The position numbers and the translations under genes are program-made. Of a stretch of 64,000 nucleotides of DNA, positions 33,681 to 43,955 are shown piece after piece. How positions within the stretch are numbered: the stretch's first letter is position 1; each line of letters starts with the position of its first letter. Below the pieces are notes generated by a model. That model was not told where the DNA came from. It saw only the letters and a list, made by a program, of their open reading frames with translations, and searched no databases. This DNA is from Lama glama (taxonomy: Eukaryota): contig CM052817.1 of assembly GCA_028534125.1 (NCBI GenBank), forward strand, positions 48,610,001 to 48,674,000. The letters run 5' to 3'.

Positions 33681-36479
33681 TAAAATCTGATAGCTCAACT
33701 GCCTCATTGTGCAGATAAGGGGGAATGAAGGTCTAGAGAGATTAACTGATTTTTTCAGGTTCTACTCCTGTTTAGGGTCAGTGTTGGGGGCTATGACTTT
33801 CTATTTAGTGTCCATTTCACCACATGATAATTTGTTTTGAGCAATTCTTAGCAGCTGATACCACATTCCAGGTTTGAGACTCAGTACATCACATTATGGT
33901 AATGGGAGAGGCAGTGAGCCAGAGAGAGGGGGAGAATGGGAGACAGCAGAGAGCCAGAAGGCGCGAGAGGGAAGTGAGATGGAGAGAGTGACCCCCCCCC
34001 CCCGGGGGGACAGATAGGACAGGCAGGAAGAAAGACTCAGAGGACAGAGATAGTCCTAACTGGATTCGTGCCTCCACCCATTCCCCGTTCAAAGACACCT
34101 TCCAGCCCACCTCACTGCTATCAGGGTTAATTTCACCCAAACCAGTTCTGGTACGATGTCACCCTCCTCTGGGAGCTGCAGAACAAAGCATAAACTCCTT
34201 CGCTTGGTACACAAGTCACCATCTGCCTTCTGTTTTTCCTAACACAACACTGCAGAATACTTCCTGACATCCCCACACTCTTGCCGTATTGTTTTATTTC
34301 CTCTCCCCAGACTCTCCAGATCTTTCTAGATATTTGTCCATCTGCACAGGTGGTTTTCTGAGCCTCAGAATTCCCTCTTTGCTTCTTCCACTTAAAACAT
34401 TCTGTATCTTTTCAAAACCAGCTCAAAAATCCCCTTCTCTGTGAGACTTCCCCGTTCTCTCCCAGCAGAGTCAGCTTTTCTGTCATTTGAGTCCTTATCG
34501 CAGGAGCAGCATTTGCCACAGCATCTGAGTTACCTTCTCATCTTGGTTTCCTCATGTCTCTGGTGGCTAGCACAGTACCAGGGCCTAGTAGGTACTCAAA
34601 ATGTGTAGGCTGAATGAATTATGTCCAATCAGAAACTTAACTGAACTTGGCTCTTGTGATAAGTGGTTATGGGCAGTATAAAGTAGGGGACCAAGTAGAT
34701 GTAGCTGCTTATACAAAATAAGTTAGGCTATTGCTTACTTAAAGCCTCTCTTGTGGCTCTCCTGCTTTCCAGGAGATAGATAGGTAACCACCCTCAGCAC
34801 TGGCATGAGATCTTTCACAAACATATGTGCTTGGTGCTAACATTTCTAAAACTGAAAAAAAAAAAGAGAGACAAATACTATGTTTTTAACACCCAACATT
34901 TCATAAACTTGGCTTGAAAGTAGCTGACTTGGCATATTTTGGCATGGGATGGATACAAAAGGAACCCTTAGAGAGCCAAGACAGAGGGACAGTCTCTATC
35001 AGGTTTTCTAACTTTCTTTCTTCTTTTTTTATTGCCAAGGTTGTGACCTATAGTGATGCTGTAGCTTCTGTCATCTGGGACAGCCTTCCTTGCTTCATGG
35101 ATGTAGCATGGCCCTAGACAGTCATGTTGAAATGAAGTCCAATGTGTGCTAGACACATAACTCCAGGGTTGACCTTTTTATGTCAGTTTTTCTAGACACA
35201 CCTTTAAATAACACCCACACATTTCTAGTTTGTGATAAATTAGAATGTAAATCCCTATCCACTCTGGAAAACCCACAGTCATTTCCTTCACTGTGCTCAC
35301 TACAGCTTATCTTTAAGTCATTATCAAACCGGTGGTTAGGTAGGTCTCTGGGCAGAAAGGTGCTGAGCCCTGGGAAAGACGAAAGTGCAGGGAGAGAGCT
35401 GAAGACATCAGCAGACGGCGTGATGACAGACAGCTTCATAATGATCGTTTCTAAAAGCTGGGAATTTAGTTTCTGGCGTCCGGCTTGTGGAGCATGATTG
35501 CTGGTACTCCTACTTTCGCCCTAGACCTGATGTTTATGGAAGAAAGGAACGGTCTAAACTTCAGGTTCTGTGTCCCTCTTTGCAAGATGCAGCTCGGCCA
35601 GTGTGTTGATATCCTTTGACTGGTAGCCACGTGCGGTCTATACGGTTCAACCCTTCAGTCCAAGCAGTTTTGGACAGAAGTGGAACATACCTTGGAATTC
35701 AAAGCTTTCCTGTCTTGAGAATTATTTTCTCAAAAAGAGTATTTTCAAGTTCTAATAAAATTTAGGCTGTGAGTCTGAGCCAGTTTGAATATTTGCTTCA
35801 ACTCATACAGTACTATAAAGTGGGAGGTAGTTGAATGATTAGACTTCAGGCCGTCTGAGTAATAACTGAAACTGTAGGCAGAATTTTGTGAGTTCTCTCC
35901 ATTTACTTTTTTGGGAAAGATGGTTCATAGCTTTCATTTGATTCTCAGGTGAGTGCCTGATGGCCGTGGAAGGTCTGTGTGTGAGAGCGCTGAATGGGAA
36001 ATCTGAAGGCTTGTTTTTTTTAGCCTCTGATAGCAAGTAGAACTTGAAAAAAGACATTATTCTTCTTGGCATTAGACTCCTCATCCATAAATGAGAAGTG
36101 AATTAAGTCAGTGTTTTCCCAAACTTTATTCATGTACATAGTCGCTTATGTACTACTGCTGTTGTGATTGTTGCCATATCCTACTCTAATTTGTACTATT
36201 TAATTCCGTTTTAGAATTCAAACACTTAAAAAATAAATTTTATTTTACAAGGAGCCTTATCTTTGCACCTGTAAATGGAAAACCGGCAACACTTGATGTA
36301 AGTAAAATAAGGCTATTCATGTACTACATAAAAATTATTGTCTTTACACCAATTGCAGGTGTGCCACACGTGAGACACATTGTCATAATGGATCTATTAC
36401 GTTTACTAGTCCAGATTCACTCCCTACCCTTCTCCACCCAGAAAGGCCCAGAAGACACTTGACTAAGGCATTATGAAGA

Positions 36480-39190
36480 GCTCTGTGGTTTTATCCTCTG
36501 TAGGGCAGATATGATGATGGGAGCTGCTGCTTTGGAATGTCAGTGGGAAAAATAGGATTCTGAAATAATTGAGTCCAGGTGGTGATGCTTATCCCTTGGA
36601 GTCAAGGAGGATGCAGTTTCCATGGTAAACCACAGGATGGAGTGGTAGTCAGGGTGCTTTGACCAGGTGATGACTAGTAGATCATGGGTCTCTAGAAACC
36701 AGTAGATGGACATCCTATTAACTGCTGCTTGCCATAAAAAGACAAAAGGATTCTAGGTTCACTGAGCCTAACTCAAGTCACCACAGTGGGATTCACAGTC
36801 TCTTATCTAGTTCCCAGACCTAGAGACCCTCAGTCTAGGGGAGACGGGGTCCCTGTGAGAAAGACCACATATGTATATTATGGAAATTTTCCTAAGTCTT
36901 CTCTGGAGAGACCTGAAGCAGTTTACCATGGGGACTGTGTAGGGTGGACTGGGGAAGAGAATACCCAGACTTTCTGGAGGTTATTAGGTAGTGGTTCTGA
37001 ACCCCCAAAGCCTTCATCATTTATAAATTAAAGCTCATAGAAGTCAGACTTGAGGTGGAATCTTGGTCCACGTCTAATGGTGGGTCCAGTGATCTCTCTT
37101 GCGGTTGTTTCCCCAGTCCCAGAATGTGTAGTGAGAGTAGATATACCTAACAACTGGCTGAATTACACACTGATTCTGACACCAGTGGGATGAAAGTTAT
37201 AACGGTGGGCAGGTCCCAGTGGAGGGAAGCTCTTGAAACTGTACTCTGTTCCCCAGCCCTCTCTAAAAGACGGTAAGTCCTGAGGAGGAATGATAGGGAT
37301 GAGCATTATCAATGAAGGCTTCAGAGATACAGGGAAGGGAAGGTGTCCTACCACATCCCCATTTAACTCACTTGTTTGGCTGATGCAAATGCTAGATGGG
37401 TCATGGGGACACAATGGATTACTGCAAAGTCAATCAGGTGGTGATGCCAGTTGTAGCTATAATTCTAGATGTGGTAGCTTTATTGGAAAAAAATCAGCAT
37501 AGCCCATGGCACCTCGTTTGTAGTTATTGATCTGGCAGATGCTTCCTTTCTATTCCAATTAGTAAGAAAAATCAGAATCAGTTTGCTTTTAAAGGGCAGG
37601 GATAATACAACCTTAAACTGTCTTGCCCCAGGTCTGTGTCACCTCTCTTGCAATCTGTCTTAAGATAATCCTGAGGGTCCTTGATCATCTTTATACCCCA
37701 CAGGAAACCATGCCAGCCCAATACATTGAAGACACAATGCAATAGGTTTTGATTAGCATGAAGTAGCAAGCCAGAGATTGGAAGATAAATACTGCAAACT
37801 TCGTAAAAAAGTTCATCAAAAGGGGCTGCTGACATTTCTAGAGGTCAAGTAGCCTGGAGCATGTCAAGATAGCTAAAGTGAAAGGCAAGTTGTGGTAGCT
37901 TGTACCACCCTAAAGAAGAGAGAAGCACAGTGCTTCTGGACTTCTCTGTGTTTTGAAGACAACATATACCATATAGTGTATAATTTGAAAGGTTGCTCGT
38001 TTTGAGCAGGACCTAGGTCAAGAAAGGGGTACATGCTGTAGCATAAATGTCCCTGTCACATGGGCACTATGACTCAGGGGCCCATGGAAATATTTATGGC
38101 TCTATGGGACTTCTGTCAAGTCCTGACAGGAGAGTAAGAGCGCAGAACTTTAAGGGTTTTTTTCTGTGTATGTGTGTGAAAAGAAGTTCTTGCCTTGCTA
38201 CTGGACCCTAATAGAGACAGTGTGCTGACTTGGGGATGCCAGGTGATTATACTATATGAATTGCCTATCTTGAACTAGGTGGTTTATGATCCACTGAACC
38301 ATAAAACTGAATGTAAACAGCAGCTTTCTACTGTAAGTGAAAATGACCAGATTTCAGGTCTGGAGGCCTCAAGTAATTTGCCTAAGCAACAGGTTCAGAC
38401 TTTCACATACTTCCTCTTTATAACTTTAATGCTTTTTCCTCAATCTGCACATTTGGCTTCATGGGGAGTTCCATATGACTGGAATAACCAGATGTCTGAG
38501 TTTGCCCTAAATAGTACTGGATTACACCTGTTATCCAACATTCATTCATCATTTGTGACACCACTTTTCATTGTCAAAAGTGTCCCAGTTTGGAGAATCA
38601 ATTATATGACCACCCTGATCAATTAACGGAGAGGACTGTGTGCCTGGTTCATGAATTTCTGTATTCTGACATTAGCTGGAAGTGCAAAGTTAATACACCA
38701 CACCCTTACTCAGTGGGCAGAACTTTAAATGGTGTGTCTAATTGTTGATATTGTGTGGAAGGACAGGTGGCCTGAGATACAGATCTGCACTGACTCAGGC
38801 TCAGCACTAGATTGGTCAGCTGGTCAAGGATTTGGGAAGAACAAAACTGGGAGATTACTAATAAGGAGGCCTAGAAGGCAGGCTATTTAAGTAGAGTGTC
38901 TTAGAATGGGCTATAGTAGGACAATATTTATTTCTCATGTAAATGTGCAGTAAAGGGAAGCCACAGTGGAGGAAATTCTCAATAACTAAGATGGCTCCTC
39001 CTGTGGGTGACATTTGGCCTCTTTTTTCCCTAGCCATCTTGGTGTTTGCTCATGGACCAGTGTTTGAAGTGGTTATGGTGGCAGAGATAAGGCTCAACAA
39101 CTTGGTATCCCTCTTTGTCAAAGTTGATCTATTAACACAATTAAGTGCCCATCCTGCAATAGAAGAGACCAACTTTGATATGATATGTCA
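36480..39190 (+). mobile_element. Decayed ERV-L (class III) internal region: gag end, protease, RT, RNase H and start of integrase
   Basis: Degenerate motifs appear in order. TQTFWRLLGSGSE (about 36960) is a decayed LLDTGS protease site. TTSPFNSLVWLMQMLDGSW (about 37350) is followed by MDYCKVNQVVMPVVAIILDVVALLEKISIAHGTSFVVIDLADA (ERV-L RT). RNase H-like traces span about 38640-38945 and a CPSC integrase zinc-finger relic lies near 39145. Many frameshifts and stops. Confidence 0.88.
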
Positions 39191-40667
39191 CTTGATATGG
39201 CAACATTCATCAGAGAAATAAGCATGTGTGATCTCATAAATGCATGCTCTGAATTATAAAGGACAAAAGGGCAGTGTGTGGAATGTGAATGGAAAAGCAC
39301 GCATTCATCACATAATGGGAAAATTCCATTTCTCCATTGCTACTGCTGCTGTTTTGCTAGGTTCTCTTTATGACAAGGATCAGTAGGAAAAGAAGGAAAT
39401 GACTATGATTCAGCAATTTTATCTGTGCGCTTTATCTCATTTAGTTCTCACAACAACCTTGTGAGGCACATTATGAAAATGAAAACACAGGGCAGAGGGA
39501 TTAAGTTACTTCCAAAGACTCATAGGTGATTACGTGTGATGTCAAGGTTTGAACCCGTAGCTGTCTATACATCTTTTACAATATTGCTTTTTAGGAGATG
39601 GTCTGGAATGCCAAGGTGGGTCTCAGTGGGCATCTGCTGGCTGGCTACTGTGGAGGTCATTCTCTTATCCTCTCACCTTTGCCAGAGTCACTATGGGAGG
39701 CAAACCGAATTTTAATCTCCTGCATCTCTCCTTCCGCTCTAGACCACTGAATGAGGGTGAGCAGAGCTCTGCCTGAAGAGAGGGGGACAGTAAGAGGTGA
39801 CTGCACAGTCCAGTTAAGGCTACTGGAGGGTCCCAGGTCAGGAGGCATCTCAGGGCTCTTTTCCTTGGTTGCATCTCCAAATTCTCCACAGGGACCGCAT
39901 AGGGGAATCTGAGTTCCATGGAGTCTAAGACCTGGGCTGGGCAGCTTGGGAGGAGGTGGAGTGAATGGGAGGCTACTCTTTAGGAGTGAGGCTACTTTTC
40001 ATATGTGGCCTTGGAACCTCTTAATTTAGGCAGATAGCTCTGTCTGATACATACCTAGTTTTGATGACAAGTAACCATTATTTTCTGAGTCTCCTTTTTT
40101 CACATTATACTTCACAGAAATGAGCTAATTCTCACATGGTGCCCACATGACTCTTCTTGTGCTTCTTCCTCTTGGAGGCCTCATTCTGCAGATGCTTTCA
40201 GTTCCATTCTGAGAAACAAGTCCCTCTCTGCCCCTCCAGTAGCCCTAGTCTTAGGCTGGGTTATGTGCCTCTTTTCTGTGGCTCCAGGGGCACCCTGTGC
40301 TTGTCCTTGTCATAGCACTTTTCGCTTGTGCAGGGGGTTTGGGAGCATCTGTTTTACAGTGCTGTTGAATACACGAAAAGTACTTGAGCTTGGCCTACAG
40401 TGGCTGTTTTCTTATTATTGTGGTTGTTGGTCTACTTGTCAATCATCCCCATTGTAAGCTCTGAGGGTAGGGGCTGTGTCCCTGTTCCCTAGCACAGTGC
40501 CTAGGACGTCAGTCGATACTCAATAAACTTTTCAGGAAAGAAAAATGAGTTGAATAAAATGGGATAAAGAGTAGCAATGGCAGGGGATGAGCATGCTTTT
40601 CTTAATCATTTAAATATATGTAAATAATAAGCATATAATTCCTGATGATCTTTAGTGAGAAAAATTC

Positions 40668-41080
40668 TTTATTTAAAATAAGCTAGATGTTTTTACTAGA
40701 TTAAATAAAATACTCTACAAATGAGAATTTTAAATCCAATATACTATACCCAGTAATATCAGTCAGAGATTATCCACTAATCCCTGTTTAATAATGCTTG
40801 AATGAAATAACATAATTCTGAGAACATGTGCCTTTGCTTAGAGAAAAATTTCCAAAGCAGTGTCACATTTCTTGGATATAACAGTGTCATGCTAGTAAGA
40901 GAAATTCTATAATGCCAAATACAGCTAGAAACAGTGATTTTCAAATGCAGAGACCCTTAGACTTGCTCTGATGTTATTAGTTGTATTTCTAAATCACAGA
41001 GACAGGCAACATATTTTATTTCAATAAAAGAGTAAAAGCAAGAAGGGGACCTACACTATTTCTAGCCACTTGTGTTTATT
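40668..41080 (-). terminator. AMBN: AMBN 3' UTR with three AATAAA signals
   Basis: tttatt on + at 41075-41080, 41015-41020 and 40668-40673. Confidence 0.6.
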
Positions 41081-41207
41081 AATATATGCTTAGCGCTTTT
41101 AATGCCTTTGCTGCAGAAGGGTGATAACTGTTTTTGCAAAAAGATAGACTATGGGGACAAAGCTGGGAAGCTTGTGCATACAGGAAGTAGCCAATAACTC
41201 AATGCTC

Positions 41208-41738
41208 TCAGGGCTCTTGAAAATGCCACGCATCATACTTATTCTGGGGCTGCTGGGCCTTGTTTCCTGACATCGATGTCTGTAGACTATCTGGGGTTGC
41301 CGTGGAATCCACAGTTGTCTCTTCCTGGAGACCCATGGTTGTGGTCTCATCAACACCGTATGTCTCATAAACGTCAGCTAATCCAGGAGTCATCAGTGGG
41401 TCAGCAGCCGCTGGGGTGACCCTGAATGGTCCCCTGATTCTTGCCAGATTGGGAACATTGTCCTTAGCACTAGCAAGGAGCCCTCCGAGGGCACCAGGTG
41501 CTACCTCTGAAAGGAGAGCTGGGTTTTCTGGATCGTCTGGGTTGGTCTCTGGCACAGGGGAGCCTTGTGCACCTCCTTCTCCCTTCTCGGGACCTTTGGT
41601 TCCAGCGACTGGGGAGTCAAATTCCAGTGTAAAATCCCCTCCCATAGCTGGATTGGTGGGCATCCCTCCAAGGTTGGACCTCATGCCTCCAAATCCTGGG
41701 AACATGGACCCATAAGCCATGGGGCCTCCTCTGCCTCC
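41208..41738 (-). CDS. AMBN: AMBN last coding exon: GGRGGPMAYGSMFPGFGG...GGDFTLEFDSP...DAWHFQEP*
   Basis: tgttttttacag acceptor (ct at 41739-41740), 531 nt, diagnostic AMBN C-terminus. Confidence 0.98.
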   Translation of the reverse strand, partial: GGRGGPMAYGSMFPGFGGMRSNLGGMPTNPAMGGDFTLEFDSPVAGTKGPEKGEGGAQGSPVPETNPDDPENPALLSEVAPGALGGLLASAKDNVPNLARIRGPFRVTPAAADPLMTPGLADVYETYGVDETTTMGLQEETTVDSTATPDSLQTSMSGNKAQQPQNKYDAWHFQEP

Positions 41739-43921
41739 CTGTAAAAAACAATTTACCAGAAACACCATTATCACATACCATTAAGTATAGCATGCAATTA
41801 TACCTGGTCAAATTCACTGAGAAACCAGAAAAAAACTGATAGGAAACAGGGAGTTGGCTGACAGTTTTATGTAAGCATTTTCTCACTAAACTGACTTCTT
41901 TTCTGGGTCAGGGCACTCACTTCTTTGAAAGGGAGATGAAGACCCTCTCAATGCCTGCTGAAGGGTGGGAAGGAGAGAAGCAGGGAAACAGGGTAGAACC
42001 AACTTACAGGCAAAAGGTAGTTCAAATTTAATTTTAAGAAAACAATAAGTAGCTGAAATGACCAATACCACCATAAAACATACAAAAACTGATCCATTCT
42101 TGTTTGTTGAGCAAAGTTTTGGAGGACCTTGTGTCAATATCATTTCTCAGTATCCCCCAAATGAATGGAGCCCCATGTAAACTTTTTTTCTTTTTCATTT
42201 TCTTTTCTTTTTTTCCTTCCTCCCTTCCTCCCTTTCCTCTCTGTCTCTCTCTCACTTTCTTTCTTTCTTTCAGAAGAACATGTAGAAGAATAAAACTTGA
42301 TTTCTTTGGAGGAACTGAAATATTTTCTTCCTGTGGACAGATAAAATTCTAGAACTGACCATGTTTCCTTTTTTTCTTTTGTTGCCCAAAATTTCAGGAC
42401 CCAAATCTTGGGGTACTTACAGCAATTATGCAGGGCCTTGTAACTTGGGTATCTATATTCTTATTTCCTTAAACTTTTGACTCATTTTAAATTCTGTCTT
42501 CAATTTTTTGGTTATATTTATTGTATTTTTCATAAGCTACAGCAAAATCTTTTAACAATGAGGCATAATATAAATAAGTTAATTAAAATTATAAGATGAT
42601 CATTAACACTTGCTTGAATTTTCAGCCTGTTTTGTTGGTGTTACACAGAGTCAGTAGTCTTTCCTCTTTCCTTCTCCTGGCTCTCTACTCTTAGCTTTTC
42701 GCATCATCCAGGGATGGCACTGTAAACCCCTGGGCTGGGCTAGCTGCCTCTCTCCTTTCCCTCTCTTATAGCTCTATTATCATTGTCACATGATTTTCAC
42801 ATTATCTGCCCTTGTATCTATTTTCCCCATTGATTAAACTGTGAACTCTCTGAGATCAGGAACCTTACCTTATTTATCTTGCCTCCATAGGATCTTTTTT
42901 ATTTGTCTCACTCACAGAAGGCACTCAATAATGCTGAGATTCAAGTTTTATTTCAGTGATAGCATATTTATGTGTATTTATTTATTTGATAGGATCTGTA
43001 GTTGCTAATGATTTGTTAATTCAGTATGGTCTGGTTTTGTTTTGCTTTGTGCTCTAACAGATGTCACATGTAGAAATTTCTGAGGGAAAAAGTCCAGTTG
43101 TGTGAGTTTATTGAGCTCAAATTTTAAAGTTATAATATGCATGGATAATGATAACAGAATAGGAATATACTTGAACTAACTTATTAATCTACTTTGAATT
43201 TTATAATAATCAAATTTTAAACTTGGTTAATTTTTTTTTCTTTTTGATTTCTCAGTTTTGAGGCCTAAGTGATTTGCAGTTTTGTTGAATTTGTTGTTTT
43301 GAGGGGTGAAATGGTCTGAGAAAGAACCGGAACTCTATGAACCACGTGTATCTTTTTTTGGTTTGAAACGTTTGTTCAATAATGGTGGCTTTTCAAGAGA
43401 GGTTTCTCCTCTACTCGTATTCAAGAAATGGGGCAAAATCCTATGTGCAAGAATGGTCATCACTCAGAAACACCTACATGGGAAGTATGATGAAATCTTG
43501 GCGTGCTGCTTCAGAATCAAGCTTTTGGTTTTGGTGTAGAACAACCTGAGTCCCTATACTGTATATTCAGCCACATTCATGGCCAGTGCCTCTTGCTGCC
43601 AGTCATCTGTGATTTTTCCCTTGGCCACTACTTTAAGAAGAGTTGGAAGACATTACTCACCGCCATTTCTTCTGAGCTCAAGATGCCAAGTCTGGCAGGA
43701 GCACTCTGTTTAAAAAGAAACACTGCATCATATTATGAACCAGCTGACTCTTTATCATCTTGTAGCAACTCAAGACAAAGTTACAAGTCATCTAGTCGTT
43801 CCTTAATCCTTAATATAAAGGCTGTGTCCAGAGGCAGGATAAAATGGACAGATGAGTCATTATTAAGGAAATGTAGCCAATTTGGATAATTCAGATAGAA
43901 AATTTACTTTTTCTTTAATGC

Positions 43922-43955
<34 letters not shown>

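Noticed and set aside
35149..35497. Overlapping 96-aa and 105-aa ORFs as a new SCPP-like gene between AMBN and ENAM
   Set aside because: No signal peptide, no S-x-E exon end, no P/Q-rich or acidic composition and no phase-0 exon chain.
36786..39221. Domesticated retroviral gene
   Set aside because: No long ORF survives and catalytic motifs are degraded (e.g. the protease Asp is lost).
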